A stretch of DNA of 64,000 nucleotides from Candidatus Zixiibacteriota bacterium (GTDB taxonomy: Bacteria > Zixibacteria > MSB-5A5 > UBA10806 > 4484-95): NCBI GenBank assembly GCA_037441845.1, contig JBBIRK010000005.1, forward strand, positions 128,001 to 192,000. Reading direction: 5' to 3'. Of this stretch, positions 40,513 to 50,842 are shown piece after piece (position 1 is the stretch's first letter; the number at the start of each line of letters is the position of its first letter). The notes below the pieces were generated by a model. It had not been told where the DNA came from. It saw nothing but the letters and a program-made list of their open reading frames with translations, and searched no databases. A program made the position numbers and the translations under genes.

Positions 40513-43011
40513 CTATTCCTGCCACTCTCTGATTTTGTCCGAATACTCCTTCAACAAGTTTTTCGCCTTTTCCGGGGATTTGGATTCGATTTGAATCCAG
40601 AAAGCAGCCCGCGCTCTATCGGGCTTTATCAAAATATGCGCGCCGTCGCGGGCGAATCTTACCCCGTCTATGGTCAATCTGGTCTTGCCGGCGGTGTGCT
40701 CGATCAAGCGGCGCATCACCAGCCCCTTTTTCGTCCAGCTGCACGGGATCTCTTTCTGAGTGATTTTCAGGTTCGACCAAGGCCCATCGACCCTTCCCAG
40801 CCGCTTGCCCGATTTGGCTATCAACTCAAGAATCTTGGCGGTGGCGAACATCGCATCGGCGCCCACCTGGAACCCAGGGAAAATAAATCCTCCTTTGGTT
40901 CCGCCCACGAAATCGGCGCCGCGGCTATGCAAAGCATCCATCATCGACAAATGATTGTCTGGAAAACGTTCCACTGTAAGGCCGTTCTTTTCGGCGATTT
41001 GCTCGATTCCCGAACAAGCGGTAATCGGAACGGCGATTTTTTTCGGGTTGCTTGATACGAGAAAAAGACTCAATACTTTCAAGAGCAGTGCCTGATGTTC
41101 GACGAGATTGCCGGTTTCGTCCACCGCCAGTAATTGTTCGGCGTCCGGTGCGATCAAAAAACCGGCATCTGCCCTGAGTGATCTCACGATAGTTGACAAT
41201 TGTTTTATAGCGGCCTGCTTTTCCTTTTCGAAATAATGCAGCCTATCGGGATCGATATAAGCGTTGATCGAAACGAATTTGATGTCGAGCGTCCCCAGAA
41301 TCGCCGGCAGAATTTCGGCTGAGCTGCCGAATGAAAAATCTATGACGATCTTGAGATTCGCCCGCCGGATCGCCTCGATATCGAGCGCCCGCAGAAAACC
41401 GTCGCGATAATAATCTATCACCCGGCCGGGGAATTCTATCTTGCCGGTATCCTCCATTGCCGCCCGCCGAAAATCCTCGCGCGAAAACAGCCGCTCCAGA
41501 GATTTCGTCTTGTTTGTCGGAAGATCAAAACCGCCGGAATCGAAAAACACGATATCTATCAGCCGGCCGCCCGCCGAGGAGGTCCGGGCATAGATCCCGC
41601 CCGATTCCTGCCATAGACTGAGTTGATAGCGCAACACCGGAATCGGGATCGTCTGCAGTTCGGCCACGTTCACTCCGGATGAGATCAACCCGGCGATAAG
41701 CGCCCTGGTCACCATCCGCGAAGTGCGGCCGGCGTCGCGGCTGGTGATCACCGTGCTGTTCTTACCCAGCATCGCCCCATAGGCAGCTCCCAGCCTGGCC
41801 GCAAATTCAGGAGTGATTTCCACGTTGCCGATTCCGGTTATCTTGGATTCGGTGAACAGCTCTTTCGTCCAGCGCTCACCCCAGACGAGGCTCGAGGATA
41901 GAATCGCTCCGGCCTCGACTTCCTTATCGGGCCAAATTTTGACGTTGGCTCTTATCTGGGCTCCACTGCCGATTCTCGCGTTATCGGATATAATCGCATT
42001 TTCATCGACCGTCGCTTCCTCGGCGATCACCACTCCTTTGCACAGCACCGACTCCGATACTCGTGCGTGCGGTCCGATCGACACCGAATCCCAGGCCACA
42101 ACACGATTCAAGACGGCTTCCCGCCCGATAATCGATTTCGCTCCGATCACGCTGTTGAATATTCTGGCCCGGGGGCCGATTTTCGTCTTATCACCGATAA
42201 TCACGGTCCCGCTGAATTTGGCGGTCGGTGAGATCATGGTATCCCGTCCGATCCAGACCTTAGCGGTATCGCAATCCATCCTTTGACCTAAGGTTGCGAG
42301 ATTCAATTTCCCCTCGAGCAGGTCCTGATGCGCCTGGAAATATTCCTCGTTATTGCCTATATCGCGCCAGTACCCCTCCGCCACATAACCATACAGCCGC
42401 CTTTTCGACGAAAGCATCAGCGGAAACAGATCTTTGGAAAAGTCGAATTCACGCGCTTCGGGAATCAGATCCAGAACTTCGGGCTCGATTATGTAAATTC
42501 CGGTATTGATAGTATCCGAAAAGACCTGCCCCCACGATGGTTTTTCGAGGAACCGAGTGATTCGACCTTTCTCATCGGTGATGACTACTCCGTAAGCGAG
42601 GGGATTTTCCACTCTGGTCAAAACGATCGTCACCTCGGCTTTCCGATCATTGTGGAATTCGATGGCCTTGCTCAAATCGATATCCGTGGCCACATCTCCC
42701 GAAATGACCAGAAATCTTTCGTTCAGATATTTTTGCGCGTTTTTCACCGAACCAGCCGTTCCCAGATCGGCGGCCGACATGACGTAGTTGAACTTAACTC
42801 CGAAAGAAATACCGTCCTTGAAATACTCCTTTATTTGATCGGCTTGAAAATAGAGCAAGGCCGTCAATTCAGCGAACCCATGCCTTTTTAAAATTTTGAC
42901 CAGATGAGCCATAACCGGCAAACCACCAAGCGGAACCATCGGCTTGGGTATATTCAACGTCAACGGCCTTAGACGCGTCCCGAATCCTCCGGCCATTATG
43001 ACCGCTTTCAT
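40513..43011 (-). CDS. Mannose-1-phosphate guanylyltransferase / phosphomannomutase-like fusion
   Basis: MAGGFGTRLRPLT..PKPM, LGTAG, FLEKP, YWRDIG, LbH repeats, PGM/PMM-fold C-terminus. Confidence 0.9.
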   Translation of the reverse strand: MKAVIMAGGFGTRLRPLTLNIPKPMVPLGGLPVMAHLVKILKRHGFAELTALLYFQADQIKEYFKDGISFGVKFNYVMSAADLGTAGSVKNAQKYLNERFLVISGDVATDIDLSKAIEFHNDRKAEVTIVLTRVENPLAYGVVITDEKGRITRFLEKPSWGQVFSDTINTGIYIIEPEVLDLIPEAREFDFSKDLFPLMLSSKRRLYGYVAEGYWRDIGNNEEYFQAHQDLLEGKLNLATLGQRMDCDTAKVWIGRDTMISPTAKFSGTVIIGDKTKIGPRARIFNSVIGAKSIIGREAVLNRVVAWDSVSIGPHARVSESVLCKGVVIAEEATVDENAIISDNARIGSGAQIRANVKIWPDKEVEAGAILSSSLVWGERWTKELFTESKITGIGNVEITPEFAARLGAAYGAMLGKNSTVITSRDAGRTSRMVTRALIAGLISSGVNVAELQTIPIPVLRYQLSLWQESGGIYARTSSAGGRLIDIVFFDSGGFDLPTNKTKSLERLFSREDFRRAAMEDTGKIEFPGRVIDYYRDGFLRALDIEAIRRANLKIVIDFSFGSSAEILPAILGTLDIKFVSINAYIDPDRLHYFEKEKQAAIKQLSTIVRSLRADAGFLIAPDAEQLLAVDETGNLVEHQALLLKVLSLFLVSSNPKKIAVPITACSGIEQIAEKNGLTVERFPDNHLSMMDALHSRGADFVGGTKGGFIFPGFQVGADAMFATAKILELIAKSGKRLGRVDGPWSNLKITQKEIPCSWTKKGLVMRRLIEHTAGKTRLTIDGVRFARDGAHILIKPDRARAAFWIQIESKSPEKAKNLLKEYSDKIREWQE

Positions 43012-43121
43012 AAGAAACTCCTCCTTAAAGCGAAATTATCATCTTGAGACGCAATATTCAAGCCAATTAATCCCCCACGGCTGCATTCTTAATCCCGACG
43101 TATCTGACCGAACATGAAAGC

Positions 43122-43796
43122 CTAATCCTTTTCGTGTATTTCCCTTAGTATCCGAGCCACGTCGTGAAAATCACGATATACATGATTCGGGACATTGCGG
43201 GCGTCCAACAGCTCCTTTAGAAAACCTCGAGCGAAAACGATATCAGCGGCCAAGGCTCCATGGCAATCGGAGTGACCATCGCCTATGAACACGGCCTTCT
43301 CATCAGCCCCCAAGAGTTCTCTAATTCTTGCCCCTTTGCAATTTGCACAGCTAAAACAGGTTTTCGGATCGTAGTAAATGAATTCGGGATAGATGCGTCC
43401 GTTTTTGATAACGGTCGGATGACACAAGACCTGAAGTCGGTCGAGGCCGTGCCGGCGCAAGATGGGTTCGATATAGAAATCGAACCCCGCAGACAGCACG
43501 GTTATGGGGATATCGAGGCGCTCGCAGATATCGACGAATTCGATGAAACCCGGGGTGATTAATTGTTTATCTATAAACCGCTTGATTTCGTTCAATGGGG
43601 CGGGATATTCGTTGTAAATATCGCATTCACCCTGGAGGCACTCTATTGCGGATATTTCCCCGCGGCGATATTTCTGGACGATCATCTCCGCACGTCCCTG
43701 GGCGAACTTGCGGAAAAATTCATAACCAACGTCCGATTCGGTCACCGTGCCGTCGAAGTCGACGAAAACGTGGTATTTTTTCTTATCCTTTTTCAT
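43122..43796 (-). CDS. MtnX-like HAD-IB phosphatase
   Basis: DFDGTVT, LSAG, CANCK, IGDGHSD. Confidence 0.87.
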   Translation of the reverse strand: MKKDKKKYHVFVDFDGTVTESDVGYEFFRKFAQGRAEMIVQKYRRGEISAIECLQGECDIYNEYPAPLNEIKRFIDKQLITPGFIEFVDICERLDIPITVLSAGFDFYIEPILRRHGLDRLQVLCHPTVIKNGRIYPEFIYYDPKTCFSCANCKGARIRELLGADEKAVFIGDGHSDCHGALAADIVFARGFLKELLDARNVPNHVYRDFHDVARILREIHEKD

Positions 43797-43819
43797 CCGC
43801 CATTCAATCGGGCTATTGA

Positions 43820-43994
43820 ATTATATTTTTCCCCGGGCTTTTGTTCCAACCGGACGAGAGATTTTCTGTCGGTCAGTTAATGTCGCTTTATCATGAAACA
43901 CTATGCCGAATCTATATCCGCTCTTGTCCGCGAATCCAGTTGCTTATGCGATTAAACACCCGAATATAATAGCCTCTGGGGATGCCGATGGCAA
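43820..43994 (-). promoter_or_regulatory. Two tandem sigma70-type promoters
   Basis: TTGCCA-N17-TATTAT (43966-43994) and TTGGAA-N18-TATAAT (43820-43849). Confidence 0.5.
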
Positions 43995-44051
43995 GAATAG
44001 AACCGTGGCAATAAAGGCCGATTTCCATTAATACCGAGTATCCGAATGCTC

Positions 44052-45689
44052 TTAATTGGAAAGGTAAGACGAATAAAGCGGCGGCGTAATCAATAATTCA
44101 CGGGCCTTGAGCAGTTCGGGATCGAATCTCAACGAGACCAGGCGGATAGAGGCTTTGTGCCCCAGGTGCTCCTCGATAAAACGCTCATACAGAGCGGCGC
44201 ATAGAGAGGCTTTGGAAGCCGTTATTTCTTGGGAAGACCATTTCCGCAATGTTTCTCTTATGATTTTCAAATGCGGGGCGATTATTTTATCGCTTTCTAA
44301 AACCTGATATTGTTTTAGAAACCGCCCGAAATCGCGGTCGATCGGACTGAGATAAGAATAGCCTTGACGATATAAATACGCCTCGAAAGCCTCGAATATT
44401 TCGCCGGTGACCACGAAATCGTCATCGATCCGCGTTTTCTTCGAATCGCGCAGGACAAAATCGCTCAGCAAACCGAGCGAAAACATTTCTTCCACCAACG
44501 GCGAATTTTGATTTTTTTCGATGTATATATCTGGTATGATTCCGCCGCCGCCGAAAACGTTGCGACCGGATTTGGTCAGATAAACGATCGAACCGCCGCG
44601 CTCGACATGAAATTTTTTTTCATCGCTGAGTGAGTCTCGATTGATGCAACGGTCTGATGGAGTGTAATATTTAGCGGTCGTCAATTTCAGGGCCGCATCT
44701 CCGGAGATCTGGAATATCTGCTGGACCAAACCTTTGCCGTATGATTCCTGCCCGACTATCAGTCCCCTATCATGGTCTTGAATAGCGCCGGCCACTATTT
44801 CGGCCGCCGAAGCGGTTTGTCCGTCTATGACGATCACGAGCGGCAAGTCAATGCAAACGCCGTCCTGCACCGCTTCGTACGACCGGGAATTGCTATAGCT
44901 TCGCCCGCGCGTCTCCACGATCTTATCGCCTTTATGAAGAAATAACGCCGCCGTCTCGACCGCTTCGTAGAGCAGACCCCCCGGATTATGGCGCAAATCG
45001 ATTATTAATCCCTTCAGACCCGAATTCCGCATATTCGTTATAATCTGTCGCATCCGCGCTGCACAGCCATCCGAGAATTTCACGCATTTGATATACCCGA
45101 TGCCGGCATCGTCGATCTCGTCGTAAGTAATCGATTCCTGCGACATCTTGATTCGGACCGGTTCCCTGACTATTTCCGTCTTCTCCACCGGCCGCCATAT
45201 CCGTACCGCCACCCGGCTTCCTTCTTTTCCCCTGAACAAGCGCAGACATTCCGAGCGCGATAATCCTACAGCTTCAATACCGTCGATCGAAAGAATGCGG
45301 TCCCCGATTCTTATATCCGAAATTTTCGCCGGACTTTCGTCGATGACTCCGGAGATCCTCAGGGTGTCACCCACATTTTCCAATTGAACCCCGATACCGA
45401 CATATTCGCCATGGGTTTCTTGCATAAGATAATCATAATCGCCTCCCGCCAGATATTGACTGTAAGGATCAAGCTTCTCCATCAAACCGTCCACGCCGGC
45501 TCGGGCGATTTTATCGGGTTCTATGTCATTCACGTACTTTTCGGAAACCGTATAGGCGACGATATCGAACAAACGAACAGCCGATAGCATATCGTCGGAG
45601 GACGCGCCCGCAAAAGCGACCGCAAAACAGAGCAATAAAAAAGGCCCGGAGATCATTCCGAGCTTTTTGAGTCGAGTCCTTTTTTTCAT
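44052..45689 (-). CDS. ctpA: Carboxy-terminal processing protease (S41)
   Basis: LDPYS, PDZ, IDLRHNPGGLL, TASAAEIVAGAIQD, SYGKG, KYYTPS. Confidence 0.92.
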   Translation of the reverse strand: MKKRTRLKKLGMISGPFLLLCFAVAFAGASSDDMLSAVRLFDIVAYTVSEKYVNDIEPDKIARAGVDGLMEKLDPYSQYLAGGDYDYLMQETHGEYVGIGVQLENVGDTLRISGVIDESPAKISDIRIGDRILSIDGIEAVGLSRSECLRLFRGKEGSRVAVRIWRPVEKTEIVREPVRIKMSQESITYDEIDDAGIGYIKCVKFSDGCAARMRQIITNMRNSGLKGLIIDLRHNPGGLLYEAVETAALFLHKGDKIVETRGRSYSNSRSYEAVQDGVCIDLPLVIVIDGQTASAAEIVAGAIQDHDRGLIVGQESYGKGLVQQIFQISGDAALKLTTAKYYTPSDRCINRDSLSDEKKFHVERGGSIVYLTKSGRNVFGGGGIIPDIYIEKNQNSPLVEEMFSLGLLSDFVLRDSKKTRIDDDFVVTGEIFEAFEAYLYRQGYSYLSPIDRDFGRFLKQYQVLESDKIIAPHLKIIRETLRKWSSQEITASKASLCAALYERFIEEHLGHKASIRLVSLRFDPELLKARELLITPPLYSSYLSN

Positions 45690-45734
45690 TTTGCCCCCGA
45701 GAAAGGCCGCAATACGGCCCGTATCGAGGCTCCT

Positions 45735-46352
45735 TTAGATACCGAATTTTTCCTTAACTATCGCCCTTATCTTCTCCTGAATGTTATTTATATCGTCCAT
45801 ACCGTTGACCACCTTAAAGCGGTCTTTATTCGTTGTTGCAATATGCAAATATCCCCGGCGTACGCGTTCAAAGAACTCCCGCCCTTCGTTTTCGATACGA
45901 TCGCCGGTCTTATTTTGAGCAGCCAGCCTTCTTATGGCTTCCTCGACGGTGATATCGACATATACAGTCAGGTCGGCGACCAGGCCACCGGTGGCCAACC
46001 TGTTTATCTTCTCGACCTCCTCAATTCCTATATTCCTGGCGAACCCCTGATAGGCGGTCGATGAATCCGCATATCGATCACATAGCACGGTTTTGCCCTC
46101 GGCCAAAGCCGGTTTTATGACCTCATTCACCAGCTGTGCCCGCGAGGCGCTGTAAAGCAGAAATTCGGTCAGGCCGGTCATTCCTCGATTTTCTTTATCC
46201 AGCAGCAAAGCCCTGATTTTTTCCGAAATTGCCGTTCCGCCGGGTTCGCGAATTCGAACCACTTCGCGGCCAAGCCCGCGAAGGTATTTTTCGAGAAGAT
46301 CGCACTGGGTGCTCTTGCCGGAAAAATCTATTCCCTCGAACGTAATGAACAT
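45735..46352 (-). CDS. tmk: Thymidylate kinase
   Basis: MFITFEGIDFSGKSTQ, REPGGT, CDRYADSSTAYQG; start overlaps the upstream stop. Confidence 0.96.
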   Translation of the reverse strand: MFITFEGIDFSGKSTQCDLLEKYLRGLGREVVRIREPGGTAISEKIRALLLDKENRGMTGLTEFLLYSASRAQLVNEVIKPALAEGKTVLCDRYADSSTAYQGFARNIGIEEVEKINRLATGGLVADLTVYVDITVEEAIRRLAAQNKTGDRIENEGREFFERVRRGYLHIATTNKDRFKVVNGMDDINNIQEKIRAIVKEKFGI

Positions 46353-47212
46353 CAATTCCCCTTTTGCGAAAAAGCCAGAACCAAAGCGCCGATAATTATA
46401 AGACCTCCCAATACCGTCGTCAACCTCGGCAATTCCCCGAATATGATCACAGCCCATACGGTTGCAAGTACCGGCTCGCCTACTATCGATAGGCCGACTT
46501 TGTGCGCAACCACATGCTTAAGCGAATAATTATAAAGCGAATGACCCAGCAAAGTCGGGATTATCGCCAATAAGAGAAACAGCCCATAGTCCCGCGCCTT
46601 ATAGCCGGTCAGAGATTCCCCGAGGGCTGCCAAAATCAAAATCAAAGTCAAAGCGGAGACGCCGTAAACCACGGCTATGTATGGTGTCGTGCTGACTGAT
46701 ACCCTGACGATTCTTCCAATGAATAGGTATGCTCCGGCCATTATGGCGCCGGCAAGCGCAAGTAAGTCGCCAAGCAGATATTTTCCTTCGAGCCCGAGGT
46801 CGAAACCGGCGATGATAACCGAGCCGACTATCGCCATAAAAATCGCAATCATTCCCCGCCTGCCGATTTTCTCTTTCAAAATTAGTTTCGAAAATATGGC
46901 TACGAATACCGGCTGAGTGGTGACCAACACTACAGACGCAGCGATAGTTGTGTATTCCAAAGAACCGACCCAAAAAAAGAAATGCCAGCCCAGTAAAAAT
47001 CCAGCCAGCGCCGTCAGCGATAGGGTCAGACGGTTGAATTCGGCGAATCGATGTCGGTGAAATATGATTACGGGGGGAATCAATAAAACCGCCGCGAAAA
47101 GCATACGATAGGCAGCAATCGCAATCGCCGGAGCGGAACTGGCACGAATGAAAATCGCCGCCCAGGATACGCAAATCACGCCGGGGATCAAGGGCAGCCA
47201 TTTGATTTTCAT
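46352..47212 (-). CDS. DMT/EamA family transporter
   Basis: About 10 TMs, IAAYR, TQPVF, GDLLAL, GEPV. Confidence 0.9.
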   Translation of the reverse strand: MKIKWLPLIPGVICVSWAAIFIRASSAPAIAIAAYRMLFAAVLLIPPVIIFHRHRFAEFNRLTLSLTALAGFLLGWHFFFWVGSLEYTTIAASVVLVTTQPVFVAIFSKLILKEKIGRRGMIAIFMAIVGSVIIAGFDLGLEGKYLLGDLLALAGAIMAGAYLFIGRIVRVSVSTTPYIAVVYGVSALTLILILAALGESLTGYKARDYGLFLLLAIIPTLLGHSLYNYSLKHVVAHKVGLSIVGEPVLATVWAVIIFGELPRLTTVLGGLIIIGALVLAFSQKGN

Positions 47213-47308
47213 AAGCGTCAGCCTTGCTGCTCCCGCCCGTACGCGAAATCAAGACTCTGCGTTATTAGGATATTCCGGGAAATCATAATCCGGCGATTTC
47301 CGCCCCAC

Positions 47309-48058
47309 TCATATACCGTCGCTGCCATAAGAAACACGGCCCTGAAGATATGACCGCAGGTCGCCGGGTCTATTGGTGATTATCCCATCGACGCCGATCT
47401 CAATAAGCCGCGAGGCTATCCGGAAATCATCGACGGTCCAAGCGAATACCGGCACTGCTTGCCTTTTCAGCTTATCGACCAGTCTCCGGGTTATGATATT
47501 ATAATGCAGATGGGCGACATCGGCGCGACATAGACTGAACAGGTTCCCCACGAACGGTCCCCCCAGCCGGTTCATGAACAACACTTGTTCTTGACCGATT
47601 ATCCAGCCCGTCCTGATCGATCTATTCAGATGTTTTAGTTTCAGAATCACCCAAGGGAAAAACGAGGACAAGACGACTTCATCCGGGTTCGAGTAGGCAG
47701 TGACCATTTCAATCACCGCTTCTTCGTAGCCGCCGGCTTTCAATTCGATATTCAGTTTCAACTTGCCGCTGAAACGAATCAACACGTCTTCGAGCCGTGC
47801 CAGCTCGAAACCTTTTTCTTTGCACCTATCCCGAAGGTCGCTATAATCGACGGATGCCACCGGCCGCGCCAGCCCCTCGCCGGTCCAGATATCCCAATCG
47901 TGAAACAGCACCAACTGGCCGTCCCGGGTTTGCCTAACATCGAATTCGACCATATCGGCTTTTTCGCGCACGGCTTGGTCGAGCGATTCGATCGTATTGT
48001 CCGGCAGGAAAGCGGACGATCCCCTGTGGCCTACGATGGTTATATTATTTTTCATCAA
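47309..48058 (-). CDS. Glycerophosphodiester phosphodiesterase
   Basis: GHRG, EFDV, FHD, NIELK, WTVDD, GVDGIITNRP. Confidence 0.92.
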   Translation of the reverse strand: MMKNNITIVGHRGSSAFLPDNTIESLDQAVREKADMVEFDVRQTRDGQLVLFHDWDIWTGEGLARPVASVDYSDLRDRCKEKGFELARLEDVLIRFSGKLKLNIELKAGGYEEAVIEMVTAYSNPDEVVLSSFFPWVILKLKHLNRSIRTGWIIGQEQVLFMNRLGGPFVGNLFSLCRADVAHLHYNIITRRLVDKLKRQAVPVFAWTVDDFRIASRLIEIGVDGIITNRPGDLRSYLQGRVSYGSDGI

Positions 48059-48086
48059 AAGGCGGCGGTGATTCGCCTTACGGCCT

Positions 48087-49271
48087 TTATTTTTTCGCTT
48101 TTGCGGAGGCGGCGTTCTTAAGCCGGTTTTTCGTCGATATTTGCGAAATTTTCGCCTTCTTAGACGGTTTTTTGCCGTTGCCGCCGATATCGATTACGTT
48201 GGCGTATTGCGCTATGAATTCCTCGGTTTTTCTGCGCGCGTCCTCATCGAAATATTGCTCGGGCGGCGATTTCATGAAATATGCCGATGGGCCGAAAAGA
48301 GCACCGGACAATTTATGATCCAGAGCCAGCTTGCAGCAGCGGACGGCGTCGATCACGACCCCCGCCGAATTCGGGGAATCCCAGACTTCAAGCTTCAACT
48401 CGATGTTGAGAGGAACATCGCCGAACGATCTTCCCTCGAGCCGGATATAAGCCCATTTGCGATCGAGCAACCACGCCACGTAGTCGGATGGTCCGATATG
48501 AACGTTATCGGGGCCGAGATCGTAATCAAGTTGAGAAGTGACTGCGGAGGTTTTGGAGATTTTTTTCGATTCCAGACGCGACCTCTCGAGCATGTTCAAG
48601 AAGTCGGTGTTTCCTCCGACATTAAGTTGGCTGGTTCTTTCGAGCCGGACCCCGCGATCGCGATAGAGTCGAGTGAGAATCCGATGGAGAATCGTAGCCC
48701 CGACCTGGGATTTAATATCATCACCGATTATCGGCAGCCCGCGTTGCTCGAATCGGGTTCGCCAGTATTTCTCGCGGGCGATAAAGACCGGAATGCAATT
48801 TACGAAACCACAGCCGGCATCGAGCACCTGTTCGACATACCATTTGGTCGCCTCTTCCGAACCGACCGGCAGGTAATTGACCACCACGTCGGTCCCGGTG
48901 TCTTTAAGCACCTTCACGATATCACATGTCGGTCCGGGTGCCTTTTCGATTATCTTGGAAAGATATAATCCCAGACCGTCATGAGTCATGCCTCTCATGA
49001 CCTTCACCCCTTTTTTGGGGACCTCGGCGAATTTGAAAGTGTTGTTCGGTTTCGTGAAAATCGCTTCGGCCAGGTCTTTGCCGACTTTGTTTTTGTCGAT
49101 ATCGAAGGCCGCGGAAAACTCGATGTCGGAGATATGATATCCGCCGAGATTGACATGCATCAGCCCGGGGACGAAATCCTTTTCCGACGCCTTGCGGTAG
49201 TATTCGATCCCTTGCACAAATGATGATGCGCAATTTCCCACTCCGATTATTCCGACCCTGATTTTGCCCAT
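48087..49271 (-). CDS. ino1: myo-inositol-1-phosphate synthase
   Basis: [51 protein letters not shown]. Confidence 0.96.
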   Translation of the reverse strand: MGKIRVGIIGVGNCASSFVQGIEYYRKASEKDFVPGLMHVNLGGYHISDIEFSAAFDIDKNKVGKDLAEAIFTKPNNTFKFAEVPKKGVKVMRGMTHDGLGLYLSKIIEKAPGPTCDIVKVLKDTGTDVVVNYLPVGSEEATKWYVEQVLDAGCGFVNCIPVFIAREKYWRTRFEQRGLPIIGDDIKSQVGATILHRILTRLYRDRGVRLERTSQLNVGGNTDFLNMLERSRLESKKISKTSAVTSQLDYDLGPDNVHIGPSDYVAWLLDRKWAYIRLEGRSFGDVPLNIELKLEVWDSPNSAGVVIDAVRCCKLALDHKLSGALFGPSAYFMKSPPEQYFDEDARRKTEEFIAQYANVIDIGGNGKKPSKKAKISQISTKNRLKNAASAKAKK

Positions 49272-49301
49272 CTTTACTCCCTCATTGATTAAGGTAAATG
49301 A

Positions 49302-49931
49302 TTATTTCGTTTCACCTATGAGACGGCGCACGTGCATTATCCGCTGCAGCACCGTTATATTGGACATGATCGCTACGAATAAGATCGCCGCAACCACCAG
49401 CGCATGCTCGATATTGACGGCTTTGCTCAATGCTCCGCCGAAAATGCCATCGAACACGCTGGCGGCGGCTATATAGGTTACCCGTTCCGGCCTCTGCATT
49501 ACGCCTACTTTGCAGCTATACCCCAGCCCCTCGGCTCTGGCTCTCGTATATGATGTCATAAGCGAACCGGTTATCGCCATGATTATCAAGATATCGATAT
49601 ATGGCCGGTTGAAAAAAAGCAACAGCCCGAGAAAAACCAAGACATCGCTGTAACGATCTATCGTCGAATCGAAAAAAGCGCCGAATTTGCTTATTCGACC
49701 GGTTTCTCGGGCTACTCGGCCATCGAGGGTATCGAATGTCCCCGCCAAAGCCAATAAAAGTCCGCCTGCCAGGAAACTGCCGCGCCGAAAATAATAGGCG
49801 GCGACAAACGTCAATATCAAACCGGAAAGGGTAATCAAATTCGGGCTGATTCGACTGTATATCAGGATGCTGGCCACCGGGGTCAAAAGCTTCAGATAGC
49901 CATTTACGATTCTTTCACCAATCAATTTCAT
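49302..49931 (-). CDS. CDP-alcohol phosphatidyltransferase (phosphatidylinositol-phosphate synthase-like)
   Basis: SPNLIT, DTLDGRVAR..G..SKFGAFFDSTIDR, SYTRARAE, RPER; adjacent to ino1. Confidence 0.9.
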   Translation of the reverse strand: MKLIGERIVNGYLKLLTPVASILIYSRISPNLITLSGLILTFVAAYYFRRGSFLAGGLLLALAGTFDTLDGRVARETGRISKFGAFFDSTIDRYSDVLVFLGLLLFFNRPYIDILIIMAITGSLMTSYTRARAEGLGYSCKVGVMQRPERVTYIAAASVFDGIFGGALSKAVNIEHALVVAAILFVAIMSNITVLQRIMHVRRLIGETK

Positions 49932-49952
49932 AGCCAGCCGTTCGAAATTTGA

Positions 49953-49980
49953 AAATTATTCCCCCTGCGGCCAAAGTCAA
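49953..49980 (-). promoter_or_regulatory. Promoter upstream of the PIP synthase-ino1 genes
   Basis: TTGACT-N16-TAATTT. Confidence 0.45.
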
Positions 49981-49996
49981 GCGAAATCACCGACCC

Positions 49997-50842
49997 TCAA
50001 CCACCCGAATGCCTTATTTTACCCTCGAGTATTATCGAAAAGAAAGCGATCAGCAAGGCAATGACCCCATCCATCAGATAATGATAGCGCAGATACACGC
50101 CGCCCCAGAAGACGGCGGTCATCAATGCGAAAGAAAGAAAAATGTAAATTTTGCCATGATCCCAAAGATAAAGCGCCGATATCGTCACTAAACCAAAGTA
50201 AACCGCAGGGAAAGAACCCCCCTCGATTGAAACCATATTTATAATAATCGGCGCCATCTGGGTTATTTTTCCACCGTAAAAATCCAGGTAAAAGATACCG
50301 GCAAGTCCTTCTCTTGGGCCGCTGACAGGAAACAGGGAAATGATCGCAAAACTGATACAACAGGCTATAGTCAGGGAGGTAAGATACGATTCGAGCTGTT
50401 GCCGACGCCCGAGTTTTTTCAATAAAAAGATCGCGATCACGGGCAAAGTTATCCCGAGCATATAGCCGAAATAGCTTAATTCATTGAGCCAGATTTCCAT
50501 TAGGCGTTGCATTATAAATGAAGGATGAAACCCCAGCAGATTGAATTCGAATCGACTTAACGCCTCGTCTTGCGCCGCCAATCCGAAAATGCTATGCTCC
50601 GCGCCGGCCGTTTTGTAAAACAAGAATAAAACGGCCAGAATTATCCCGGCGCGCGGCAGAATCATCGACCCCGCCCGGTCGACGAGCCGCAAAATCACAA
50701 TCAACAATAAAAACAAAGCAGCGGCGAAATAAAATATGATAAAACTCGACTTGCCCTGGCCGGCTCTCAATAGCACCAAGACGATCTGAAAAATAACATA
50801 GATCAGCAGAACCGACTCGGGAGTGCCTAATCGTGGTCTAAT
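49997..50842 (-). CDS. PAP2-superfamily membrane protein (AUR1/IPC-synthase-like)
   Basis: FPVSGPR, SFPAVY, VYLRYHYLMD; probable ATT start at 50842 (track start 50779). Confidence 0.75.
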   Translation of the reverse strand: MRPRLGTPESVLLIYVIFQIVLVLLRAGQGKSSFIIFYFAAALFLLLIVILRLVDRAGSMILPRAGIILAVLFLFYKTAGAEHSIFGLAAQDEALSRFEFNLLGFHPSFIMQRLMEIWLNELSYFGYMLGITLPVIAIFLLKKLGRRQQLESYLTSLTIACCISFAIISLFPVSGPREGLAGIFYLDFYGGKITQMAPIIINMVSIEGGSFPAVYFGLVTISALYLWDHGKIYIFLSFALMTAVFWGGVYLRYHYLMDGVIALLIAFFSIILEGKIRHSGG

